Shown one piece after another: positions 1 through 12,160 of a DNA stretch of 64,000 nucleotides. A model generated the notes under the pieces. That model saw only the letters and a program-made list of their open reading frames with translations. It did not search any database and was not told where the DNA came from. Numbering within the stretch: position 1 is the first letter of the stretch; each line of letters opens with the position of its first letter. The position numbers and the translations under genes were made by a program. Source of the DNA: Amoebophrya sp. A120 (lineage: Eukaryota; Protista; Dinoflagellata); the NCBI GenBank assembly GCA_905178155.1, contig CAJINV010000007.1, positions 3,490,265-3,554,264 on the forward strand, written 5' to 3'.

Positions 1-639
1 CAAATAATTAGCATATTTTCTCGCCGTTTGCGCCACAAGCGGCAAGGGGCACGCTCAAGTGTGTGTACAAAAATGCCTCCGCCGGGACCGGAACGAAGAG
101 TTTTTGAAGAATGAACCGCATAGGAAAGATCGCCATGTCTGTATACTTGTAGTGCAAAACGTCCTGATCGTCATCTGTATTGCCGCATATTCCATGACCA
201 AACAACATCAATGAACTCACTGACGATGTACCAGAGTCGAGCCGCCCAGTAACCCTTCAAAAGAACACTTACACTTCCTGAATAAAAGATGGATCTGCTG
301 TGCGTTCGACCTTTCGTGAGTCAGAGTGAGTGATCATTTGAGTTGTTATTGTTTCCTCGAGCGGATGCGTAGTGAGCATGAGCTGTGAAGACACCAGTGC
401 GCGTGATGATCTTTTTCGGCTTAAGAATCGTGTCGCTATCGGCATTGTGTCGTAGAACCTGGTCGGCAAGATGCAATTCGTGGCGCACTTGCTGCTTTTA
501 ATTTCGTTCTTAGACCGATCGCACCATAGAGATAGACACATGAACTTCCGGAAGAAAAAGAATCAAGAAACAAGTGAAAAAGGAAAGCGGCGTTGTAAAA
601 GTAGAAGCCTATCAAATTCAAGATTATGAAAAAGCAAAT

Positions 640-3600
640 ATGACTGCTAGCAGCATCTCTTCCAAGTTCATCATGCGGATGAGCTTCGTGATGTTTTACC
701 GGTTTCTCTTCGACGAGAGTATCGGAGTCCTCACCCTGTTCCACCTACTTTTCTTTCTCACCCTGAATCCGCAGCCCATGTTGACCAACGGCCTGCAAAT
801 CCTGGAGCAGCAACCCTTACCTGGCCAGCCACACACCAAAACTACCAGTGGGGCATCCGCTGTGGAACAAGAGCTACTGTCTTCGTCACGACCGCATGAA
901 TCTTCACACGGTTCTTTGCGCACGGTTCCGAACGGGGCTGCGTCAATGACAATGTCCAGGAGAAATGGCAACCTGCGGGGCAGCAAAACGCACTACGTCG
1001 CGAGCCACGACGGCCATTGCGCAGACGGAGAGTATTTTGACCGAAACTCTCCAACCGGGTGTGTGCGAGCGCATGAGGCGGGGGGTTCTTCTGCCAATGC
1101 AGATGCCGACAGCATGGTGAGCAATTACGTCGATGACATTGCAACTGCAGCGGCAGAGTCGTTTCTCGAGCTTCCCAGGGCAGCAACGAGTAAATATGCT
1201 TTGATCTTGACGTTGAGCTGATCATTCTTGTGCCTTCTTAGTATCGGTTCTATTTCTTCGCTAATGCTAGCTAGCTTGTTGTCGTATGCTAGCTTTTAGA
1301 TGACCACACATTATTTTTCGAGATCGACGCATGAAGATGTTTTTCTTTGCACACTTAACAGCTCTCGACGACGATTCTGTTTCCGAGCTATCTGCATCCT
1401 CTTCGCCGCCGACGACTGCGGAAGACTTCAAAAAGGACAAGGACCTTTTTTCAAGGTCCGGGGGCTCGGGAAAAAAGCCGAAGAAGTTCGTGGACATTGT
1501 GAAGAACCTCGCACAGAAGGCCAGTAGCAAGAAGGAGAAGAAAGAGAAACATCACAAGCACGATGAAGATCAAGATGTTGAGCGAGGGGATGTTGAAAAC
1601 CAGTCCAAAGCAAAGAAGACTGCAAAGGCTAAGGGGAAAGCTAAATCAAAATCACGCGCGCTTGACCCCACGCAGGACACGGAGGTGCGCGTGCGGGTGA
1701 AATCCAAGCCCGCCGGAGAGATCTTCTTCAAGTTCGGCAAACCGCCACCCACCCCGGGCCGCGGCGTCACGTACGCCGCGCACCGGGCGCCGCCCATGAC
1801 AGCGGACGGCCAGCCGGGACCTGTGACCGACGTGCGGATGCAGGCCTTCAAAGTCGGCGACACCAAGCCGGATCCGCCACGCCCGAAAGCGATTCTGTTC
1901 GGACCCTTGCCAGGCAGTTCTCCATCTTCGCTGTCGAGTCGAGGACCGGTAACAAGTACTGGCGGTGCAATGCCAATGCCAATGTCTACAGCAGGAGGTG
2001 GAAATGCTGCCCCACCGGTTGTTCAGCAGCAGCAGGAAGACCACGGTGGTGCTGCAGCACCCCCAGTCGAGGAAGAACAGCCAGGAGCACACGAGCCAGA
2101 GGTTCCAGCAGCGGCGCGATCATTAGCTTCCGGGGCGGAGCCGCTACCGCCCGCAGCTGCTCCGCCACCTCCGTCGCAAGCTCCTTCGATCTCTTTGCCA
2201 CCACCACCGGCTGGCTACTACGGAAGTGGTGCGCCCTCCTCAGCTGCAGAAACTAGTGGCGTTGGGAAAGATAGTACGTTGTTAAAGACCAAGAGTGCCG
2301 CGGCTACAACTACTGAAAACCTGCATGAAGATCAAGATGCGGCTACTAACACTGGTAGTAGCGGAAGAAGTACTGCGTCGGTAGCAACAGAAACAAAGGA
2401 GAGCCATCGCCATCAAGATCAACCTGACAACACGATGTTGAAACAGGCGGACACAACTTCTGAACATCAAAATGTAGTAGCGAATCCGCACGAGTCGCTG
2501 TTGCAGCTTTCGGTTCCGCCACTGGAAGTGGTCTACGAAAGAGTGAAGAAGATGAACAACCGAGGAGGTGCAGGAGTGTCACTCTCACTCGCTGCAGCTG
2601 CAGAGAAAGATAGCCGTGAATCAGAGCAGCATGCAGCACAGGGTCCTCGTCGAGACCAGGATCAGGAACGCCAACAAGAAGGACAAACTGAAACAAGTGG
2701 AACACGAGAAGAAGCACCTTCAACTTCATCAAGGAGCCCATCGAGCTCTAGCAGTTCAACAGTACTAGAGATGAACAACGTGGCGAATAAAAAGACATCA
2801 ACTGATGTCCTCTCCACATTGCACCCCGGCAGAGGGTCGTCATCATCCGTTCTGGAGATCCTGGCACAGAAACGGGCTGCGAAAGAACGTAACGGTAATG
2901 CAGCATCAAGAACTGCTGACCATTTCGACTTCACGAAAGACCTCGAGCCGACCTCTCCCGCGCCCGGGCAGCATGAAAGGAAGCTGCAGGAGAATGGCGC
3001 AGCAAGCAGAAAAGTAGAGAGTGACTCGACGACGTCGACCCGTGATGGAAGCAAGGAGCATGGCTCTACGTCTAACAACAACAAGGCGTTGTCCGCAGCT
3101 GCAACCACAAGTGTTCTGAACGACGTCAAAAATTCCTTTCTCGAGTTGCAACGCCCGGCGCATTCTCACAAGGCGCACCGGCATCGCCACGTCGATGACA
3201 ACTACTACAGCGATGAGCGAAGCGGGAGTTCTTACAGCGACGATTACAGCTACGACCACCACGACCGTCACAGACGCGGTGGCGGAGTGCCCCACCACTA
3301 CTCCTCAACTTCTTCATCTTCGCACCGCGGTGGTCACAGTCACGGACGCGGACGCGGCCGGTCCTCCAGGAGAAGCAGAAACAGGCCTGGTAGAAGAGGC
3401 AGTTCATCTGGCCGCTCAAGCACGGGAGCGTTTTCTGACAACGCCTTTTCCTCTTCCTTCCTGCAGGATTATGGGAATCCCAAGCCGATTGAAAAGGAAG
3501 GGGCGGACATGATGAATTCCGGGCAGGGAAAATCAGCAGGGGAAACAACAAATCCATCTTCTTTCCTCGCCGACAGCAGTGCGCCACCGTCGTCTTTAGC

Positions 3601-4039
3601 GTCCTCTACTTCCCCCACCAGCATTTCCTCTACTTTGCAAACCAGTGAAAGTGAAGTGCAAAATCAGAAGCAGCAGGCGGGAGAAACACATCAAACAGGG
3701 AAGCAAGAAACGACGTCAGAGCACGAGGTGGCGCGACGACTAGAAACAGAGGAGGCCAAAGAACAGGAGAAAACGGGTCGGGAGCAGCAGCAACTTTCAA
3801 ACAGCAAACTTCACCCTCCGCAGGCACGTGAAGACATGGGCACCCACGCTCGTGCGACGAACGGCTTTCTCATGATGGAGCGGCAGGCAAGAAATTTTGC
3901 GTCCAAAGATCCGACGTGCAAGCAGGACTGGTGGGTGGATCCCGAGACTGGGGACAAATGGCCTCTGCACAAAGGTAGTACTACGGGAGATCGTGTTTTT
4001 CCGTTGCGTGCTTCTTGTCATCCCCATGCATCGCGAACG

Positions 4040-4073
<34 letters not shown>

Positions 4074-4712
4074 AAACGTGACTGCGGTCGCTCCTTGCAT
4101 AATATGAATATCATGATGCGCATGTGCGTTGACGTTGGTTTATAAGTAAACAAATGTGATGCGGAAGAACTTGAACTGCACAAACACAATCAAAATGAAA
4201 AAACACCTCCAGTGAACAAGCACGAGCCGCCGGAGGTGGACCGCGCTCGAAAGGAGTGGGAGGACCGATGCGACCCGATTTTGGAAGAGGAAAAGGAACG
4301 GGATGACTTCGAGGCGACACGGCAGAAGAAATTGCGGGAAGATTACATGGAAAAAAACGCCGGCTTCCACAAATACATCGGTGGCGTCGCGCCCTGCGAA
4401 GCGGCCATGATTGCCATTGCCGGGTTTGCCCTGTGCCTGTTCTGCTGCATGTGCTGTCTGTCGAAAGACAAGCACGTCATGTCCGACCTTGAGCGGAACC
4501 GCTACAAGATGCTATGCTGGTGGACCAGGTTTAAAATATTCTCGAGCGGAGAGGAAGCCAGATCTTCTGATGCAGAAGTATCGTATCTCTATCTGTATGA
4601 TATGTTTAGGTCCTGGCTGGTGGTGATGCATATCAGAAAAAAAACTTGTCCACTTCCATAAACACGGAACGCGGAGCAGCTGGCGATCGACGATTTGATT
4701 GACATGCCGTGA
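640..4712 (+). CDS. Multi-exon, low-complexity, probably secreted or membrane-anchored protein with repeated S-hydrophobic-L-E/Q motifs and a C-terminal TM/Cys cluster
   Basis: ORFs 574-1221, 1331-4042 and 4212-4661 join in phase through GT-AG introns 1190-1361 and 3975-4212. The N-terminus is hydrophobic (VLTLFHLLFFLTL) and the C-terminus has AAMIAIAGFALCLFCCMCCL. The start codon and the last intron (about 4529-4666, stop 4710-4712) are tentative. Confidence 0.65.
4041..4073 (+). repeat. (GAT)11 microsatellite in an intron
   Basis: 11 perfect GAT units, read directly. Confidence 0.95.
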
Positions 4713-5868
4713 AGAAAAACAAGGGGGAAGATAGTGTTGTGGGAATGAATTATGTCACATCAAAGTACTTGCGTTACAAATGAAAATTATCAGTTCTGCA
4801 GTGTGAGTATTGTTGTACAATAGAAGAAATTACTTAAACTGTATGCGTATTGCGCTTCTACGACATTTTCTGTTTTCAGTTTCACCTAGCGCAAAAGATT
4901 TACGATTGCTGTATCAGCATTTTCAGATTTGTTGTTGACTTTGTTCCTCGAATCCAAAATTAAAACACTAAGTACTCCTGTAGTACGTGACTAAGAATGT
5001 AAAAAAACACAACCATCTATATCTAATATCAGTATGATTTTCTATCTTCTTGTACAAACTACTTACAATTGTGGTGATTGAGATTCGTTGCGATCATACG
5101 AAACTAAAGTTTGATCGAAAGAAGCAGGCGCGTGGGGTGGAGTTTTTCTTCCAATTCCAAGAAACCGCAACAGAATGACGAAATGGTGGATGTCAAAACT
5201 ACAAAAATGGAAAGCCGCCGACGCACCAAACCGAAATTATGTACAATACTTGCGAACAAGATGTCGAAAAGAAGTTCTTCAGACTGCGGGCGGGACTTTG
5301 CTTGTAGACTCGAAGCCGAACAAATTTTCAGTGCCACCTTGTCGTACGGCAGCGACTATCGTGTTCCTGGACCAGCCTGCGTTGGGAAAAAAAAAGGTAC
5401 CGGAAAAGGAAAACGACAGATGCAGTTGTACCTCATACAAGTTGATGAAGAGATGCATGATATCCCTATCCATATGCTACTACACGACGGCGAGCGGCAT
5501 TAAATAGGAATAGCGCATTTGTTTCATACTGCTGAAGACTGCGAAGACTGCTTCGGAGTGGGAGTCGGAGTCGATTCAAATTGGACAATGAGGCTTATTC
5601 TGGCAGCTGCTGTAGTTGTCTCTTTACGAAGATGGTTCTCTACTTGATGATTTCATCGCCAGCAGTTGCGTAATTGGAAGCGAAAATCACGGAAGCGGTG
5701 CGCGCGCCGGATCTTTGTATCGATCAAGCGATCAGGCGCGCTTTGCCGGTCCAGCAGCTTTTCTCTAGAAGCACAAGGAAGCTGCAGGCCTCTCTTTCGA
5801 AGCCACAGGAGAAGGGGAGGACCGGGTTCTGCGGCAAGAAAAGCGACAAAGCTTCCACAAGCGTCAAC

Positions 5869-8800
5869 ATGGCAACATCTTCCTCCTCCTCCTCCTCTTC
5901 CAAACCACCTCCCTGGGACCTCCCAAGAGCCGCAACTCCCAACTGGACCCCGGTTTTTGGGCCGCCAAGGAGCGGTAACGGCGTCGCGCTCGAGAAAAAA
6001 TCCTCACGAACCTGGCTGAAGGAGTTGGAAGGGGAGCTGAGTCCGCCGAAAGCGGTCAAGATCATACCGCCGAGACATGTGTTGCGGGAGCAGCAACAGT
6101 ATCCGATCGACTTTGCGGTTACTTACGTGAACTATCTATGTGTTGCGTAGAGAAGTAGGTTAAAATGCATGAATACAAAGCGCGAACTTTATGATGTTTA
6201 AAAGCCAGTCCTCTTGCTTATCACAGGCGCCTCGAGACCCTGAACGGGCGGCGTTTTTTCGCTTTAGATGAGGAGATTGGCGTGAAGCTTTGCGATGTCA
6301 CGTCCGCGAACCCAGAGATTCAAGCAGCCAGGGACTACGCACAGGTGCCAAAGGGGAACACGACAACCGAGATCGGGGTTTTGCTGATCGACTGTGAGCA
6401 GCTTTTGCAGGAGATAGGGCCATCAAAAAACCTGACCAACGCGATCAAGTACACGCGAAACAGCCAGAAACTTGCGACCATGTCCTTCACGCCGTTACCA
6501 GAAAGTACTTAAGACTGCGCTCTAAGTATTTTTTGTATAAAAGTAAGTGTTACTGATGTTGGTGCTTCATGATGATGTCGTGCTAATCCTAATTGTGACC
6601 TTGAATACTGGCTGCACTACGATTTTGAATTGGATTTTCATGTCGGCAAGAACAGCTACAGCAACACACATACCTCTCAGATGGCGCCCCAGTGATCCTT
6701 CAAGAGCAGGAAGTCGCGCCACCTCCGGCCTTGGTTCATGATCCAGATGTACACCTGTCCCGTACCGCCGGCAGCGACATAATCGGCGACGGCACCTCCT
6801 ACTCGCCAAGAACAAATAAGGCATCCGCAGCAAATCAGCAACCACCGTCGCCTGCGAAGTCCTTCGGAAGAGAGTCCGCCGGAAGCAGCGCCGGTGGACC
6901 AGCAGGGAAAACCCGTGGGTCGCACCTTCGCGCCGAGCACCTCTACTCGGCCATGAGTGTGGACCCAGCGAAGGTTGGCGCGAACATTCTGATGCGAGAT
7001 CCGGCGTACAGGAATCAGAATGCGAGCTCGAAGTCTTTGTGGAACCAGAAGCGAAACCAAAATAAAAAATCCTTGCGACAGGGGATGGCAAGGGTTGACG
7101 CTTTGCGGGATGGCGCCGACAGTAGCTGGGGAAAGAACGCGCTGGCGCATTTGAAAAAGGACGGGGATTTCCCGAGTTCTTCCGTGGTTCCGCCGGCTTT
7201 GGTGCAGACGAAAGGCGCGAGTGGTGATGAAGGAGCTGCTGCAATAAAACCAAATGAACAGAACAACGAAAGTCCGCACTTGTTTTTCCCCGAAGGGGAC
7301 GAGGACGGTGAAGGTACAGGCGAAAACGCAGAAACCGTTGCTGGTGAAAATGAACCGGCCGCGGTGCCGGACGCAGCCGAAGTGGGAACTGAGCCTCCAG
7401 TTGCGGAGGACCAAGCTGACGTGCCAACAGAACCTTCAGGAGCTGCTGGCGATGAAAACGACAATCAGCAAGCCGACGCTGAAGCCGCTCGGAGCGACGG
7501 GGAGCGAAGCAAATCTTCAGGAGGAACTGCGAAAGATAAACACCAAATAAACTCTGGAAACGAGGAAGCAACTACTGGCACTTCATCCCCAAAAAAGCAA
7601 GTCACGATCAACATGGCCGCAAACACGGTCTCAGACGAGGAAAATAAGAACTTACAAGGGACGGCGAAAACGATAAAGGGTCTTACCCCAGTTTCTGGAG
7701 CCGCTGCGGGTGATTCCGGGTCTGCTGGTCCTCCACCGGCAACTACAATCCCAGACTACACAGATCAAGGTCAGCTGCTCGTCGAGCAAGACGAATTTAC
7801 TCCAGGCGGCTCGCCCATTGGCAAAAGAACCACGACGACCGGGACTTTCCGCTTCTACGCTTTGCTGCTTGCTACGAGAACCGTTGACAACGACCAGCAG
7901 AAAGCTTACGCGCAGCCCTTCGGCGCGGCGGACCCGGTTTACGTCGTGAAGTTATCCCTCGACATCTGGGACGAGGTTTTGCAGAACGTTCCGAAGCAAA
8001 TCTGGCCTCTAGAGTCGGTACCTTTTACCCTTGTTCCCCCTCCGCAGATCACGGCATCAGCAGGAGCAGCAGCGGCTTCGCAACATCAGCGCGGCCAGTC
8101 GTTTATTGATGTTGTGCAACAATTTTCATCGACCCGTTCTCGCCTCAGCGCGGCGGAAAAGGTGCACCATGTGTTGAAATATTTGAAACGGGACGTGGAG
8201 CTCGCGGCTTGGAAAACACCGGAAGTCGATAACTTCATTCACGGACCGACCATGTCGCAAGACTACTTGCAGGGGGTCATGCCGAAAGCGACCGCGGCTT
8301 CGTTTCACACGGCATCTTCTTCTTCCTCTTCTACTTCAGCCCTCCCCACAGTTTCGAAAAACTCGATTTGCCTCACGAAGCCCGGCGACTATTTTCTCAA
8401 TGCGGTTTTCCCAGAAAACCATGCTCTCTACCTCGTCGGGAAGTCCTTCGACATTGAGTGCGTCGACGTGAACCAGCACAACGTGGAGATCGAAAAAACG
8501 CGGATCCAACTGTCCAAACACTGCGCCTTGGCGGAGGCCAGGTACCCGTTTTACGTCATTCCCTGGGAAGAATGTAGAAGCTGGGTGAAGTTGAAATCCC
8601 ACGAGAACTGCCTCGACGACGGGTCTATCATCCTCTTCGAAGACATTTCGACCATAAACCCGGAGACCGGCATGGACAAGGAGCTCGTCATCGTCTACAT
8701 CTCCCACGAGTACGCACGGGAGCAGCACCCGGACAACGAGCGCGGCGAGAAAATCAAAGCCATGCAGAAATACGGGCGGTCGTTAGTGAGTCAGTACGGC

Positions 8801-10071
8801 GGCGAAGAGGTGGTCAGCTTATTTTTCTATTTAGACTACTGCTGCACCGAGGCGCACCGGCACTACGATCACAAGGACAAGGAGTCGCTCGAGCCGGGGT
8901 ACTTGTGGAACTGCAACCACTTTTTGGCACTGGTGCCCAGCTTGATGAACCAGGAGAAACAGGTATACTATACTAGGGAATATCACAAGAACTACTTAGG
9001 GTTAGGTTCGTTGCTGCTCTTTTCTGCAATGCTGGCTCTTGCAGATTGTGATTGAGTGGAGTTTGGTGCCGCTTGTACTTCTCACAAAGATCATTCGATT
9101 CGAACTAATTTGCCACTTTGATGTAGTTGTAGCTTTATCATTAACTCATACTCATCACACTACACCCACAGATCCAAGGCATGCAATCTTACGCGGTGGA
9201 CAAGAAATGCCAGGCCGAACTTTTTTCCGTCTTTCTCTCCGGCCTTCGCCACGTCTATTGGACCGATGGCGACGTTGGCGGTCGGCTCGATCTTCCCCCC
9301 GTCTACCCAGCTTGCTGGTGCACCCATCTAGCCGCGAAACTCGCCCTCTACGCGAATTTGTGGAGCGAGGACTTATCCTTGCACCAGGATCAACTCTTCG
9401 CGGACGTTCGCCGGGCGATTGACCGGAAAGGGGCGGAGTTCCGGAAAGCGATTGACGATGCAAGAGGGGGGAGAGGAGGTTCTACTTTACCCGCCTCGAG
9501 GAGCAGAAGTGGCACGCCAGCGGGCGGAAGGAGAGGGAGCACTAGTCGTGGAGCAGGTGCGGCCACCTTCTCAGCCAGTCGATCGCGACGAAATAGCAAC
9601 ACAAGACCAGGGTCTTCCGCCAGCAGATCCTCGTTACAAGAGAGGAGAGAGGCTTTGCAGCCCTTTGGGAACAAGAACGCGGCTGATGAGTTCCGGACAA
9701 ATTTGGCGCAGAAGTGCCTTGTCTTACCCGACACGTCGAAGGGACGGGGGAGCGCGTCTCCGATTGAGGCGCTGTATGGAAGCGCGGGGGGTAAGAACAA
9801 AAGCGGAGCTACTACTCGGCCACGAAAACCGTCTTTCAAAACGGGCGCATCGTCCTCCAATGCGGACAACGAAGCAGAAGTGTCAAAGCCGGTTTCCGAA
9901 CCTCGGCCGGGATTTTTTGAGGAGCTAGCGCATCTGGCGGACATGCCGAACTTCTTCCGATGGAAAAAGTCTGTGGCGTTGGGGTGGGTGGTGCCGGGAG
10001 CCTTGACGATTGACAAGGAAGTGGTGGCACAGGAGGAGAAGGAAGCGATGATGCCGGTACAACATGTATGA
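5869..10071 (+). CDS. Multi-exon protein with a degenerate HET-like C-terminal domain
   Basis: Exons 5869-6098, 6227-6504, 6681-8962 and 9172-10071 are linked by in-phase GT-AG introns. Motifs VYISHEY..HPD..FYLDYCC..PGYLWNCNHFLALVP resemble the SHxW/HPD/WxDxxC pattern of HET-like domains, judged by eye. Confidence 0.6.
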
Positions 10072-12160
10072 TGGTCGGAAATGAACAACAGGCAGAAGGA
10101 TCTTGTATGATGGATATCGATATCGATCATGTACTTGTGAAGAAGAACAAAGAAGCAAACTGCTATTTTGATCTTGTTACCATAGGTTTTGTGCTTCTTG
10201 GTCTCATCTACTGTTGGATCATTATCGAAAGCAAAAGCAAAACGTATAAACAAGGAATATGTCCGACGAGTCTTTTTGTTGGCGTGTACCAGCTCAATAG
10301 TTGGGCTGCGTACAGTAGGAGAGGGAGCCACCAGCAGAGTTCTTTTAGCCGGGCCAGGTGGCCAGCGTTGGTTTATGAGAGGCAGCAGCGATAGCGACAG
10401 GGACAGCGACAGGAGAGACTCTTCACAGTTGCGTAGCGAGTGGATTATGTGTCGGTTCCCTTGACATCTGGCGGGCTAGAGAAAGAGACTGCAGGTATAG
10501 CAGAGCGTCAACGTGAGTGCTGCAGCTGCTTCCGAGTGAAAATTGCGGATGACGTGTGTCGTCTAGTGCTAGTGGCGTAGGTGGAGAAGGTACAAGGTAG
10601 CCCTTTTCTATTGCTAGAAGAGGTTCAGCGCGTCTGTTGTGAGACATCTGCGTGGCCCGCTTTTCCAGTCTGAACAAGAGGGGCCGCCTCGGCAAGGCAT
10701 TTTGACCATTTCAGCCTCCTGTGTTGAGCAGCGGCTCCAGCATGTTTCAGGATAAAGAGCAAGCGCCGGAGCGAGGTGAAAAAGCCGAGAAAATACACCG
10801 GAAAACGTGGCGGAGCTGCAAGGCATTGGGTCGTCTCTGTCTATCGTTTTCAATGTTGGTGATGCAGCGTGACCATGGCCAGCTGCGTCTTCCTGGTCGT
10901 ACTAAGACGACGGCCGATGGGTTTGACGTTCTGCCGGTCCACCGTGACCGCGTGACTAGAGGGCAGGGGTGCGAGCCCTCAGCGGCACCTCCGGGATCAC
11001 TCTATCCGCAAAGTAAGCAGTGCCCGCCTGCTCCGCCGCAAGCCGGCCGCACTAAAGTCGAGCGCTCAGCGACGAATACAGAAGTGCCGCGGCCATCCGG
11101 TCGGAGCCAGTCCATCCTGCGCCCGGGAGGAACGAAGCTGCTAGCTTCGCCATGTCGGAAGCCGGCGGGCCAGAAACCTGCGCCCGCCGGCTGGCCGCGG
11201 GCGGCCGGTCGGCCGCTTGCTTTTTTTGCTGGCTTGATTGAAGCGGGGGGCAGTCTGTGGCGGTCCGTCGCCCTGTTTGCTTCTTCAGCTGGGATTGGGA
11301 AGGCGCCGCTGCGTCCCATCCCCTGCGGCGATTGCGCTTTCTATATGAGCTCCCGCCGGCCAATTCCGCGCCAACCACTTGGCGCCCGGCAAAGAAACAT
11401 TCGTGGGCCGCCTGTGGTCATGACTCCAGAGAGTCAGGCTGGTCTGCCCGGCTGGCATGCGTTAAGTAGTCGCGTTCTGTGCAAAGTGCTTAGCTTCCAG
11501 GCAGCTTCTCACCCCCACACAATCTCCCAACGAGCTCACTGCTGCCTGTTCCTTGTGTTCTCTTACATGGGCTGGAGCACGTAGTTGCTGCAGGCGTATT
11601 TTTCAGTCTCAGTCTCGTGTTTCCCGAGTATGTTCGAACTCGCAGATGGCCATGTCCTCCTCGCGGGAGTCGCCGTTTCCCTGCTTACATTATGAATATG
11701 GTCTGACGTCCAATCAGAATCAAACTCGTCGCTCACACTTCTCGTGCCGTGTTCCTGATAATCAAAGTAAGTGCACTGCATTATGAGGAAAAATGAAACC
11801 TAAACAAAGTTTATGCGTATAACATAACAGCATCCATGTCTTTCGTGTCGTTCGAGCTTCTTCGTCCTCGTGGATTCGTTTGTCTCAATAGTCGTCTTTC
11901 GTATTCGTTGGCCATTTTCTCCGCTCGTTCTGGATCGTTGACGTTCTCTCCGCGTCAAAAGTTGTACATCTACATTTACTTTTGCGTAATGTCACGAGAT
12001 CACATGTTGAACAGGCAGCGATATTTACTTCCCGCTACATCGGCACCGAGCTTGCTCGCATTTCCATGTAATTTTTTTTTGGTCTTGTGTTGATGTTGAA
12101 TTTACCTAGTACTAACTTGTCATACATGTAACCGCCCTTATTCTATTTCTTCAGGAAAAC

